A DNA stretch of 55,658 nucleotides, filler included, from Sphacelaria rigidula (GCA_964200075.2; 5 parts of 5 records of this genome joined end to end with filler, not necessarily neighbours in it), one strand, 5' to 3'. Positions 37,001-49,929 are shown, counted from the first letter of the whole stretch. Numbers and translations: made by a program. The notes: a model not told the origin generated them from the letters alone.

Positions 37001-40000
37001 AGAGACATAACGACCGTACACAAACGTTGGAGCCCACCACCGTGTCGAAGTTCGAAAATTTCATCTGAAACGTTGTGCAGCAGCCTTGATACTTTTTTTT
37101 TTTTTCAATCGTGTATTGTTGGTCACAATTTTGAAGTTATTCTCCCCTTCCCTTCCTCGGTGCGAGTCCGTGGCAGCATTAAGGAATCAATCGATCCGTC
37201 TTTCCCCTGGTGTCTGTTCACCTACCCGACATTTTGGTACATCCAAGAGGATCTAGTCAGCACTACCGCACCCGTCGGCTCTCGTCGATTTTCATTTCCC
37301 TGCTTACGTCATCATCCTGTCGGCAACAGCAAACATAATTCTGCTTGTAAATACCGTCATCTGTCGGGATATGAACACGTTACCGCCCGCCCTAAGCGTC
37401 CACCACGGATGTGGCCGATGGAATGCCGGGGAGTAATGGCAGATATGGTGCAAGAAATCCCGTACGCCGTGGAAGATATCATGTTCTTGTCGACAATCGT
37501 CCATTCAATCAATCAATCAATCAACCGAACAACTAACCAATCGCATCAATCAATATTCCCCAGGTCGTCTCCTTCATGGGCTTGAGCCGGAGATCAAAGG
37601 CCACCGTCACACGCCAGAGTAGTAGCGTAGGGGTCGGCGGTTCCAAGCCGGAGCCCCTGCTGCCTCCTTTTGGACAGGGTTTCAAGGTCGGGGCCTCTGG
37701 CATCGGTCCGATGGATGTTCCGGCCATGAAGACATGCTACGAGCTGCTCGAAGGCCTTTCCCTGGTGAGCAGTGTTCAACAAATATTAAGTGCAAAACGT
37801 GGAGAGGTACTGCTACTGTGCGGCGGGGGTTCCTGCCACAGTGCAGTCTGTAAAGTGCAGAGTCCCGCCAAGGTGTAGTCCCGAAAAGTGCGGGTCCCAC
37901 CATAGTGCGGTCCCGTAATGTGCAGGGTCCCGTCACAGTGTGGTCAAAATCATTTGTCACAAGTCCGATCCGCGATGTTACTTTCATATCAAGTAATGAT
38001 GCAAAGCGTAGGATACCGTGGCTCATGGTACCCTGAGTTATCATGGTGTGTGTATGGCCTTGTACCCCAGCGTACAATCACGCGAGATATCACCGCCCCA
38101 AGTAGTTATATTCCAGAATACCTGTATTATCGACAAGATTGATTACAGGTGAAAAATAAACGACGGTCGCAACCATCCGAAGTTGAAACACAGTATCTCA
38201 AGTCAGATGTTATCACACTGTCACACCAATGCGTACACACAAAACCCAACCCCAACCCTGACCCAACGGCCGTCCCCAAATCCCCTCCCCCCCCGCTTTT
38301 CAGGTGCGTGACAAGGTGGCGCGCTACCCCTGCATGGACATCCCCCGACTTACTCCCGAAGCGGAGCAGGACGACAAGCCGATCCCGCCGTCATTCAACA
38401 AATCCGCATCTGCATCCGCCCCCGTCACCACCTCCACGGTCGCGGCGAGTCCAAGAATTTCACCACGCACGGCTGAGACTGAGGAGCCTTCATCGTCGTC
38501 TTTGACGATTACGCTCCCGTCGTCGAAGGCTTCCTCGGGTGTGCGTCCGCCGATGGCGATTGGAGTCCCGTTGTCACCCGCGCCGCGCCTGACGTTGCCC
38601 TCGCGTGCGGCGCCGCTTCCGCCGAACTCCTCCTCGTCGGCCGTTCGGGCAGGGTTCGGGGCGGCAGGCCCGGCGGGAACTGAACCAGATTCAGGCTTGG
38701 GACCGGAGGGTGCGGCCGGGGAGGAAGGGGAGGAGGCTGCCGCAGCGCTGACCCGGGTGCCGCCGACGAGAACAGCGACGGGGTCATCACCGTCGAACGA
38801 GCCCGGCGCGGCGCGCGGCATTGCCGCGGCTACCTCCCTACGCAGCCGGCGGAGCGTGTCATCGTCGTCGTCATCGTCGGCAGCTGCCGTGGAGGCGACC
38901 TCGGCCACGACCATGGCACTCGTACATCAGGGATTTTTCCCGGGACATGCGGCCGGCAGTGCCGGCGTCGAGACCGTGCGCTCGACTGCGCCGGCCGCCC
39001 CGGCACCGGGGATCCCCGCTGGTCCGCGGTGGGACCGACGGACGGCATCCCTTGAGCGGAATCAGGCGCCGTTGACGTCAACGGCCGCGGATAGTTCAGG
39101 TAGCCGAGGTTCACAGTCCCCGCGAACGTCACGTTCCCGTTCCCGGGCGTCATCGGTGTCCTCAGTGAGTAGCGAAGGGGGTAGTGTCGGCGGCGGAGGT
39201 AGTGCCAGCGCCAGGGGCAGTTATAGGTCGAGAGGGAGCAGCAGGGGCCGGTTCAGCGAGATGAAGATTGTCCCCTATGCTGACGAGGACGGTGCGGACG
39301 ACAACGGCGGCGCTTCGACAAGGTCGTCGTCGTCGTCATCGATGGCGACAGCGATGTCGACATCCGTTATGAGCCAACGCGGCAAGAACGGTAGAAGGAG
39401 TTCTGGTACCACCCACAGGAAGCGTCTGGGAGACGACGGTACTTCAGCGCAGCCGCCGCTGCAGCTGCACTCGTTGACCAAGGAAGAAGCAGAGCGGACG
39501 CACGATAGACAACCGCTCCGAGAGGACTGGTCGTCGGAGGAGGCCGCTCCCCCTGCCCCTGCTCCCCCTGCTCTAGTTATGTCAAAATCAGTGACGGAGG
39601 CTGCTGAAGACGTGTCGTCGGCGGGGGAAGAGACGCCCTGGCGCGGAGACATTGTCGCGGCGCCTTCGTACCGGTCGGTGGCCCCGGCGCCTTCGTACCG
39701 GTCGGTGGTTCCGGCGCCTTCGTACCGGTCGGTAGTCTCGGGGGCGTTCGATAGTTTGCCCGGGCTGCTGACTCCGACGGTAAGATGAAATAAGTTTGTC
39801 CCTTGCCCTTTTTCCCTCTTTTTTCGCGTATTGATTGTTCTAATGGTCTTGTTCACTTGGGTCCGTCGTGGCTACTGGTGTATGACGTGGTTGTTGTGGT
39901 TGGCGGTGATGGCGGTGGTTCAAGGTGTGCGCGGGGCTAACAGAACGAACTAGTTTTGAAGAGCATTCCGGGTGCGCGTAGCGTTATCATCTACGTATAT

Positions 40001-42672
40001 ATATATTGTCAACATTTAAATGACGGACCAAACGAGTATCGTTATCAGGAAGAGTTCGTTTGCATAATACTGCGCGTATCCATGCGTCACCCTCTTGCGT
40101 GTGGCAGTTTTTCGTGTATTCACCCCTTTGTGTTGTATAGACCAACAATGTGTTCGCACGCATCTTTTGTTGGTGGTGAAACCATCTACTCGTACATACG
40201 GCTCCCGAATTGAAAAAAAAAAGAAGAGGATCTCGACCATGATTGTTTTTTCTTTTCGAGAAAGCGTCTTGACCATCGAATCGAAACCTGTCGATCCAAC
40301 ATCCGTCAAGAACGAGTGTTTTTTTTTACACAATGATTCCGCTACTTACACACGTCCCGTCTTCTCTTCCCTCCTTTCATCTTCAATCCATTTCCCCGCT
40401 GCCCTCCTATTTTACTGTCTGCAAAACCGCGCGTTTTCTGGCTTGGCGCCGACCTTGTCAATCGATGTATTTTTCCAACCTTCGCATGTTCAGCACCATG
40501 ATCGCGAGCTGCTGAACGAAGCTTCGTTCGCCGCCGTAGGATCTCCAGGGGAAACCCCTCGAAATTTCTCCCCCATAAACCGTAAAAATGGCTCCGCGAA
40601 TACCAGCACCACTGTTGCCAATAACAACGGCGGCAACAACGACAGAGACGATGTTCACACGGCCCCGTCCTCCGCTCAAAGCAAGCCGGACGCGTTTACC
40701 CTGTCGCCTACGTCATCCTTCAAAATCACAACTTCGCCCTCCGGGCGTCGCCGTCGAAGCGGCAGTGACGATGGTATCGGATGGATCGCAAAAGGCCTTG
40801 CCGAAGCAGGTGCAGCTACAGAAGCAGCCATACCCGCTCCCGCCAGTCTGGATCCGTTATTGCCCTGTTCAGAGATGCGTGGACCGTCATCCTTGCCGTC
40901 CCCAACGAGAAAAACATGTTTAGGATCGGTCTCCGCCGTTACTCACGAAGCTAATAGCACCGACGGCCACAGCGTCGAGTGGAGGAGTCGAAGGTATGCG
41001 GTGGCGGCGTCGGCTCCCGCAACCCCCGTCTCCGTTGCACCTCACGCATCCTCCTCCTCGGTTCTGACAGCAGCGTCATCGGCACTGACACGGGCGGCCG
41101 CAACGAACCCAAAATCGTCCGCCGTCAGCCCCAACTCCACACCGCCGATATCGGACAGCCAGAAAGCAGTTGCGCTGTCGCCGCACGAAGGGCAGAGCAG
41201 CGCTGGGAGCGGCGGCGGTGGCTTCAGCGGCGGCGGTTCGGGGTTTCTGGCCAGTGGCGGCGGTCGGAGCGTGACGGCGAGGCCTCCGTCTTCGCCGGCC
41301 GGGGGAAGCAGTAATCAGGGCGGCGGGGAAGCTCCGCCTAGGTGAGATGTGGGCAGATGTGTCAATGCACGCGGGTGCAGTTTATGCCGTAATGTGTATA
41401 TATATAGAGAGAAGTTACTTTCCCGGCCTTGTTTTTTTTTTGCTTTAATTCGTGTTTTTTCACTCTGTTTTGTTTTTTCCTTCTGGCGGGGAGGGTGGGG
41501 CTTCTTTACCGGAAGCCATGCATGCGGCAGGGGCACTGCGGCCCGCCTCCAAAGTCTGCAGTATTCAGGTCTTACTTGTCAAATCTTGTGTCACTTCGCT
41601 TTCAATACGCATGGCCGTACAACGTATATATATATATATATGTATAACACTATATGAATATAGTTATAGATGCGTTGGCATTTCGTTTTTCTTCAGCCGC
41701 TTCATCGCCCGTCGTTATTATTTTTATTCTTTATCTCGGTAAGAATATACAGTAGTGGGCGGTCTAACTATTCACTTTGTGGCCTTTTGTGATTTTTTCG
41801 TAATTGACGATTTTCTTGGGCTCTTTTCGCTTGCCACCGCTCATGACATTGGGGATCTGAAGATATTCGTATCCCCTCCACATTGAAAGAAAAGAAATCA
41901 TTTCAACTCAATATTGAGTGACTTACGGACTGACCGGTCATCGGGGGTCCTGCCACGTTTCAGCACAGATTCTCACTCTTCGGTATTTTCGGCCGATCGA
42001 GCATGTCCCAATCATATTTGTGAACAAATGTACAGTTTCATATTTTCAAAATTCTACCTACTCATAACACTAGCCGAAAAACTACGTTTCACGGTCAATT
42101 ACACCCTCCTGATAAACGGGGTATTTACTCGTATCGCCCGATAACACCAACTGACGCTGACTTGGGCACTGTTTCGAGAATGATCCGTTTATTGTACCAA
42201 AATCTTCCGATGCTAGCAATTTCGAGTTCTATCGAAGAGTAGTACGCGAGGAAAATCCCAAAACATCCCTAAATAGTTAGACCGCCCACTACTGTACCGA
42301 TCGATTTCTCTTGCGCGCGACGTATCTCCAACTGTGATCCCCCCCGCCCCCCGCCCCCCTCCCTAACGGTGCTCCGAACGAACATCCCCCCCGCGCCCCT
42401 CTATTACACGCCTGATGTCACCCAGTAGCCGAGCATCGGCGATGGGATCGGAAGCCACGACGAATCACGATTTGAAGAGGGCTGGGGCGGAGGCAACTGG
42501 CGTGGTTTCTCCATCCACTGCGCCTTCGGTTGCGAAGTTCAAGGCATTCGTGAACAAGGACGCGCCCGTGGTTGACGGTGGAGGCGGTAGCCCCGAAAAG
42601 TCCCAAAACCACCGGGTTGGCGGCGCGTTGAGCTTCGACACCCTTCGCAGCCGCTTCGAGCGTGGCTTTTGA
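34032..42672 (+). CDS. Hypothetical multi-exon protein: TIR/HET-like domain followed by a long Ser/Ala/Pro-rich low-complexity region; 5' end missing
   Basis: Phase-consistent GT-AG exons 34032-34144, 34473-34498, 34968-35090, 35780-35917, 37564-37764, 38304-39779, 40494-41341, 42426-42672 (TGA). Spliced: ..GHPDGGTG-CEVLVYLD-VKERTGRRARTIRALPLYLLCCDLFLAVDEQE..-PVYWCSPWTRLERAAL.. The first two exons are less certain than the rest. Confidence 0.7.
34215..34465 (+). repeat. Minisatellite, ~40-48 bp unit (tagttgcacacgattctgaacagttggttgtttaggaacaactactg)
   Basis: Four copies of gcac(a)cgattctga with degenerate flanks. Confidence 0.85.
35337..35620 (+). mobile_element. Partial copy of the Tc1/mariner-type MITE at 41750-42294
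   Basis: TA|CAGTACTGGGCG start; shared block ctgaccggtcatcgggggtc.tgccacgtt.cagc.cagatt. Confidence 0.7.
36464..36920 (+). mobile_element. tRNA-derived SINE with poly(A) tail
   Basis: A-box TGGCTCAGTTGG, B-box GGTTCGAATC, non-tRNA body, A10 tail at 36911-36920; intronic. Confidence 0.7.
41750..42294. mobile_element. Tc1/mariner-type MITE, complete, TA target-site duplication
   Basis: Perfect 23-bp TIR CAGTAGTGGGCGGTCTAACTATT / AATAGTTAGACCGCCCACTACTG flanked by TA. Confidence 0.9.
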
Positions 42673-42770
42673 ATTGGTTGCCCACACGACCTCCGACCCA
42701 ATCGGACGGAACCGGCTACCGGACAGCGTTGTCGCCCTCACGAGCTTGTTGTGGTTTTTTCGTAGTTGGG

Positions 42771-42829
42771 GATGATGATGATGATGATGATGATGATGAC
42801 GATGATGATGATGATGATGACGATGACGA
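42771..42829. repeat. (GAT/GAC)n microsatellite in the putative 3'UTR
   Basis: About 20 trinucleotide units. Confidence 0.9.
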
Positions 42830-44509
42830 TACTTGCGTTTTTTTGGCCATGACGTGCTACTGGAGTCTGTTTTGACCGCCGAGCTTGCGTACAGCCGTTC
42901 AGTCATCCCCCCGGTCCGGCTTTCCGTCCCTCCCCGCCTGTGCTGGTCGTTGTGGACTGGATTGAACTCAGCGGTGTGTAAGGAGGAGGAGGGGAGGGGG
43001 GAGGGGGTTGCTGGGTGTGTGCCCGCTGTATCTCATGAGCAAGAACATAAATTCTATGAATACACGTTAACTCAAGATGAACGAAAGTTAGGGGTGTTGA
43101 TGCCGAGCGTACAATACGCAGAGATTTAAAGAGGAGGGTTTTGTGTGAGCATGAAAATGATGGAGGAGGCGGTGACGGGGAGCCAACATGAGTTTGAGGT
43201 GTGATGTTTTCTTTGTCGTGTATCCATACGACGCAGAGGCCCGAGAAAGCCGAAGAAACGGATCTGTAGTTCCGTCCGTATATGCATCCGTGCGTATCGA
43301 TCTTTGTCTACATCTTGTGTGATGCCACGTGTTTTGTTGACTGGCGTAGTGCTATTACAGAGTATTTTATGATCTAGGCGCGTGGTGGATGCCGAATTGA
43401 GTAATCATTCTGCATCCTGCACGGCTTTCTCGTTTTTTTTTTGTTGATCTGTGGTGTTGGTGGTCAGTGTTGGTGAATAGTGGTGGTATTGCGTCTCTTC
43501 TCTTTCATTCTCCGATTTATGTTTGTTCCTCCTGCTCCATCGGTCAGTCTGTCCTTGCAATCGTTTTTTTTTTTTCAAGTCTTTTGAGCGAGCGTTCTGA
43601 AACAGGAAACACAGGGCAACTGGCAGTAGGTGGTCAGCTGGTGGAGAAGAAAAGAAACAGGAAAAGAAAAAATGAAAACGTGATGACGATTCTGGGAGAG
43701 ATATGGAATGGGACGAGACACCTGAGCGGCTTCGACTTTTTATTTTCCTCTGCTTTTTTTATGTAATCACGAACAGATGCAGGTAAACTCGTGTCTGGCA
43801 CGCGTTGATCTCGTGGGTGTTGGGGCCGATTCATTTTCAACCAGATGAAAGCCGTGGCCGCTTCACGTCCGGAGTTGATGTTTTTTTTGGCGACGATGAC
43901 TTCAGTAGCGTGCGGATCGCCGCCACCCGAGAAGTGGGAGGATTAGCTCATGGGGAGGACGGGGGAGATGGAGAAGCGTAGTTGAAATACAACTTCAATC
44001 GTGAATGAGGTACAATTTGCTAGTCATTTTCCAATTTGTTGGAGTTTAGTCCCAACCCATCAGATGAGACTTAGGTACCCCCGCCCCCCGCGCCGCACCT
44101 ACGTTGCAATGGACAACGTCGACGTTACTAGTCATGCGACATGCCACGAACTTGTCGGTGGTATGGTTGCACTGAAGAAGAGTGGAAAATGACACTGGTG
44201 GTTGGCGATGGGCGGGCGGGGGGGGGGGAGTTGCAACGTAAACGCAGGCCTAAGTTTGTGCTCTGCGCCGCCGCTTATTTCATGAGCTGCTCTTTCTCTT
44301 TTTGTTGTTCCTATTGTTGTTGCTATTGCTGGTGTTGGTGTTGGTGATGGTGTCGTCAGTGCTGTTGTTGTGTGTATGAACTCACTCCGTTGTGTTGTGT
44401 TGTGTGTGTGTGCGTGTGGTTTTCTTCGAAGACCCCGTCATCTACAAGTACCACGCTTTCCCTCCGTTATCGCGTAATATATATACACACGATCCTATAG
44501 GATTGCCTT

Positions 44510-44609
44510 NNNNNNNNNNNNNNNNNNNNNNNNNNNNNNNNNNNNNNNNNNNNTTAATTAATTAANNNNNNNNNNNNNNNNNNNNNNNNNNNNNNNNNNN
44601 NNNNNNNNN
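44510..44609. other. Artificial contig linker
   Basis: N44-TTAATTAATTAA-N44. Confidence 0.98.
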
Positions 44610-44691
44610 ACGGTTTAAGAGACAACCAACTGGACTACTGACCAGTCAGCGCTGACTGGTCAGTAGTCCAGTTGGTTGTCTCTTAAACCGT
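44610..44691. repeat. Perfect 82-bp palindrome at contig start
   Basis: acggtttaagagacaaccaactggactactgaccagtcagc followed immediately by its exact reverse complement. Confidence 0.95.
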
Positions 44692-46331
44692 CACAGCTCG
44701 CAAATAAGTTATTTTTTGCCCAAGTTCAGGTATTGGCGGGCAAAATGGGGATTCATTTCGAACAGCTTCTACTGTACAAATTCCATCTGCGAGTATTTAT
44801 GGGATTTGTACAGCCTCTGCTGTTCGAAATAATTTGTTTTTGCCCGATCCCGACTTTGGAATTAGGATTTATTTCGAAGAAAAGAGGCTGTACAGGCTAG
44901 TTCATGGTGAACACCCAAAAAACACTCATCGGCAAAACCTCACGCCGTTTTAAGGAGTTAGACCCTGAAATTTTGCACAAATGTTGTATGGATGATTACG
45001 CAACTTTGGGAGAGCGAGTTTTTTTTTTACTTCTTGGCTTTCTTCATCGTTATTCGGGGTCCCAGAATGGAGACTACTTCGAAAAACAACTTGAATTCCG
45101 TCGAACCCCCGTAAAGCGGTGAAAAACTTCAGAAGTAGAAAAACCTCGTCCCTAGAAATTTTCGTTATGATACATAGCATGTTTGTGCAAAGTTCTAGGA
45201 TTAAACTCCTAAGAACGGCGTGAAGATTTGCGCGTTTGTGGAGGACGTGGGCTTGAAACGTGGGACTCCAAACTACTTGGTTTTAGAATGAAAACGTATG
45301 TTGGAGTGAATTATACGTCAAGGCGAAAAAAACTGTATGATGTTTTCGATTTTCTCCAACAAACTTTGTACATGTGCTCCTTGGACTATCTCAGGACGCA
45401 TCCTTTCAGGGCATTCTGTACCGGTCTCCGGGGGTCCAAGTAGATAACGGAGAAACCATGAAATGTTGTCAAGAATACATATTTTCCATTCGGAGCATCA
45501 ATATCTACGGAACTGTCAAGTTTGAGGACGATCTGAGCTTTTTACGACAGATGTAGGGGACACCGTCACGAGGCTCCCAGGGTCTTTCGTGCGTATCATG
45601 AGTGAAAGTTAGACGACGCCAACACCCGACATCGCCGAAACACCATGGTTTCGAGTATGATTCGACCCCCGTATTAACCGTTGTTAAAACATGTTTTTCT
45701 CGTTAGATTCCCGTCCCGATGACGGTTACCACCATTTGGAGCATGTGGAGATTGGATGAAAATTGGGCTTGGGATTCGTAATTTCGATCTCAGAACAGTT
45801 TGAAGGACACTGATTGGTTGAGACGCAGTTTTGTCCATAGCGCCACCGGTACGGCCTTAGACAAAAACCCGGCTATTTCACCCTCTTCGTCTGTTGATTG
45901 CGGTCAGCATGATACCATATATGCGACTATTTGGTGCGTATTGCGGAAGGCATTTGCTGATGACACAATATCGGGTGTTGACCGTGAACCAGTTTGTACA
46001 AATTCCAGATTTCCACAGTACTTGTGCCTTCAAAAGCAATTCCAGGGATTTTAATAATGACACAGACCTTCGAGGCGCCAACATTGAAAATCTTATAGAG
46101 GATTGCGAATGCCCAAGATCCTCTAGCGGGAATTTCAAAACGGACGGAACCGAGGATGACATTTGGAAAATCCTCGACAAGGTAGCCGAATGGCCGCGTG
46201 TGCTGTTGTTGTACGGTACCGTCTGTACTGTATGTCTGGATGGACGGACCATCGCTGATCTTAGATACGGATGCGTATCGTCTCAACTCGATCAACCGTT
46301 CCCATGAAACGGAAAATTAAAACGTTGTCAG

Positions 46332-49300
46332 GAGAAGAGAGGCGGGGCCTTGCACGTGAACGAGGGTTCGACGGTCACGTTCATGGATCTCGCGCTGTTC
46401 TTCGAAAACACTGTCATGGAGACCGAGCTGCCCCCCATCACCACCGACAGTGGAGAAAGCGTCGTCACGTACAAGAGGCGTAAAGGCGGAGCTGTTCACA
46501 ACAAGGTACAATGGAGCAAGACCACACCACATGCAGTACGAACATCCCTTGTGGGAAGGATAGTGAGATATCGCGATATTACGCAGTACAAAATAGCACT
46601 AGTTGGAACCTGGATCCCAACAGCTTGACGAGGACACTGTTGTAGGTTTTGGAATAACCCCCGTCCCCCGTTTTGAGAAGTCCGGTTGAATCGCGGGTGA
46701 GAGTTCAGCCCATGATTTCAGGTGGGATATGAAGTCTCAGACGCAGCCTGTTGTTGAACTACCGTTGAGGCTTTGCGTCATTTCACTGTTGTTCAGCACT
46801 ACATTGTTACCGTCTGTAAAATAAAAGTATTCTTAACCGTCAGACCGCAAGCTTCGCCTCAGAATAGTTTCGCCGGCTAACAGCCCAGGGACAATGGGAT
46901 TTCTAGCGGCCACGGGGGGTGATTTTCGGGGGGTGGGTGGGTGCCTGTTCCCTGATCAACAAGTGAGCCTCAACAAAAGGCACCATCTGTGTTTGGAACT
47001 TCCCGTAGAGCGATTCTAAGCCAGGGTGGAAACCCAAACCGAAGAGAGAGTGGGCATTTTGATGGCGTTGACTGGTCAACTTGATCGCCTTTTCCCCCCT
47101 GCAGGATCCCATTGTATTAGCCCACTGACGAACAACGTTTGTAAGTTCTTCCTTCGAAGGAAAAGGGTGAAGTTGTACGATGAACGTGTCGGGATCGCTC
47201 CCTTGGTCCATCAGGAGGGAGTCGATGGCCTTCATGAAGATCCGTCGATGTTGCTTGCTCGAATCCTGGTCCTTGGTTAGATGTCGTCTCCAAGCGTGTT
47301 GTCCATCGGCCCGATGTTCGGTGATCAGTTGCTACCCATCTCCAGCACGCCCAGCCTTGAACCCGTACGCTTGGAGGACCACTTGTAGCTCCACCCCGCT
47401 CGTTATAAGGCACAGGGTGCTAAACTGTATTCGTTGGCACTGTGCCACTGTTCATCTGCAACCGAATTTATTGTAATCGGTATACGGGCGGTTTCTCAGC
47501 TCAGGACTTTGCAGAAATCTCATCTTGATGCCCCACGCAAAACGGCCTCAAACATTCGTGACCGATCTTGGACTTCACTTGGTGTCCCATCAAATCGATA
47601 GGTATAACTCTGCCGAGCGCTGCCACGTTGTTGGCGGAGTCTGCCGTGACGGCTCCTGTCAGTTGTAGCTCGAAACCATTTGCTTCAGTTGACCATTGTT
47701 GCGCAAGTCGGAGGCTCAGTAACCTGTTAGAGACGTATTTGGTTGATTGTAGTCATCTGCAAAAGCAGTGCACCAGTCACTTCATCAAGTCTCTGCTGGC
47801 AGGCGTGTCGCGAAGCAACGACCCAGCTGTATCAAGCTGCTCCATATCAGGCCATTTGTTAGCCTCATTTGGCACAGCAACATAGGTCCCGAAAATGACG
47901 TTCGAAGGTCTTCCCCTTTTTCTCACTCCATCAATTTGCCCAAGTTGTTCCCAGTTATTGAGATCATGAAGCAGACTTTAACGAGCGTCTTGGTGAAAGC
48001 CTCCCGAGGGAGGTGCTCTCGACAGCGGGGAATGTGTAGTAACTCTTCTTGTATTAAAGCCCTGGACCCTTCACCCACCCAATACTAACCGTGCAAGCTC
48101 CACGAGCTGCCCCCAAACCTAAGTATGTAGAATGCAGATATGCAGGTACAAAATATCTAGTAAGACTGTAAAACGCATCGCCTCCTGTGTGGCACATCTA
48201 GTCATAACAACACATCGACCTCATGATTGGTCCATTATCTCTCCGCCCCGCTCACCTGGTACATCGTCAATCCGCACTGTAATATACGCAACTTTGTTCA
48301 AGTTCATACGCACTAGGGCTCAGGGCGGCCATATTATAATACGTCCGGGCGAACGTCGAAACGCCAGCTAAGTACGATCTCCAAATAGTGATTGAAAAGA
48401 CATAAGCCCAAAGATGCAGACAATGTGTATGATTTCAGAAGTGAACACCATACTTGTCTGTCTCACGGAGTTCATGCAGCAACAAACAGTAGCTGGCGTT
48501 TTCTGTGGTAAATTCCGGGTAATTTGCTCGTGTGATGACGATAGAGTGCACGATATTTGACCCATGTATCACACGCGATATTTCCTGATATACGTCGCCG
48601 ACGTTCTGGCATGATGTCGATTCTCCGCATCCGAAGCCCTGGCAGCTGCGTATCGAGATTCTCACTTTCTTGGGACCGGCACTACGACTACTTTTTTTCA
48701 GCATGACGTTCGCGTCAGTTTATTTCGTCCACCTTGTCATTCTTCTTTCTTTCATATAGCCCCCCTTTGTCCAGTTTCCTCGAGAAAGTGTTGCCGTTTG
48801 TTTACCTCGGGCCAAAGCTCGTAAGAGTAGGGCGGCGCGTGCACTGCGCCAACTTGACAGGGTGTTTTAGTGGGTTCAAACCCCACACTGCCTTCAGCAA
48901 CCTCCCCGAACGCTCGAGGTGCCTACCCTACATGACTGCCGCGAGGCAATCTAGCCGAGCCTCCGGGTAATCGGCACACGAAGCCGTTCGCGGGGTAAGC
49001 GGTGGGTGAGGTTTCCTCCCTCCTTCAAGGAAATAAACGAAAGGAAAACCTTGGGGGACACGCGTATCTTGTGACCACGGTTGCATTCGTAACGAATTGC
49101 CGCAGTTATCATACGGCAGCCAATCGATCAACTGTACAATCAACCATATAGCGCTTTATTCTGGCGCTTCCCGATGAGCATCCTGAACGAACACGCAGAT
49201 GGTACGCAGAACTCATCCGCATGTAGGTGTAGGATAGCGTTGGAGCAATGCCACAGTAGGGGTTGCACTTTTTGTTTCTGGGTCTCTTTATTGTAGGAGT

Positions 49301-49929
49301 CCAAATATATGGGGCTTACTGTGCGACCCGAATCTCCGGGGACTGGGCTCCCAGAAACATGGTGTTTGCACGCAGGGGCCTTTTCGTGTTGGCATCATTT
49401 TCAGTCTTTTTCAAGTAATAATGATGCCGATTCTCAGAAGTGACCCGCCCAACACCCCGAGCAGCCCCGAGAAAAGTTTTCCGTAAAACGAGTGCAACCC
49501 CAACCGTAACATTGCTCGTTGTGAAGTTTCAGCGCGTGCAACCGACCGGTTCAACGATAACAACCTACAAACCTTCCCGCACAGCACAACCCGATAAAGC
49601 GGAATTCCCCCCCCACCCCCGCCCCCCCAGCATCTTCCATCACCCCATGTTTCCGCCCTCTTCATCAGTTGCGTATACGCAGCAGCTACAAGACCGCTGC
49701 ACCCAACTTTACACTCTCTTCTGTTTTTTTCCCTGCCTTCGGCTAACACGTCTATCCATCTGTATGTACGCAGGGTCACATAGTGTTCGAGGGTAACGCC
49801 GAGTTCAGGTTCAACAAAGCCCTCACCGTTGAGCCGATGCATGTGGGAGTCGGAGGCGCTATCTCCAACCAAGAATCGGGAACTATCATCTTCAAGGGCC
49901 CTCTTCACTTCGACGAGAATGTGGCTGAG
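46332..49929 (+). CDS. Pmp/adhesin-like (GGA[ILV]..FxxN repeat, beta-helix) protein, two internal exons
   Basis: Exon 46332-46505 (EKRGGALHVNEGSTVTF..FFENTV..KGGAVHNK) splices in phase 0 to 49774-49929 (GHIVFEGNAEFRFNKA..VGGAISNQESGTIIFKGPLHFDENVAE). Possible upstream exon 46046-46181. Confidence 0.75.
46900..47480 (-). mobile_element. Copia gag (UBN2-like) remnant inside the intron
   Basis: TSGPP, DGQHAWRR (DG..AW..L), LLMDQGSDPDTFIVQL (M..G.DPD.F); frameshifted. Confidence 0.5.
47950..48700 (-). mobile_element. Degenerate Copia RT C-terminus/RNaseH remnant
   Basis: VYQEIS..GS..ITRANY (YR..VGSL.Y..TRPD), RRSPG, LHIP..EAFTKTLVKVCF (H.P..ADIFTKPL...F). Confidence 0.4.

Noticed and set aside
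38304..39788. Stand-alone 494-aa gene (and the 416-aa ORF at 40095)
   Set aside because: Bounded by AG acceptor and GT donor sites; these are internal exons of the 34032-42672 gene.
42418..42906. Poly-His or poly-Asp proteins
   Set aside because: Translation of a GAT microsatellite downstream of the stop codon.
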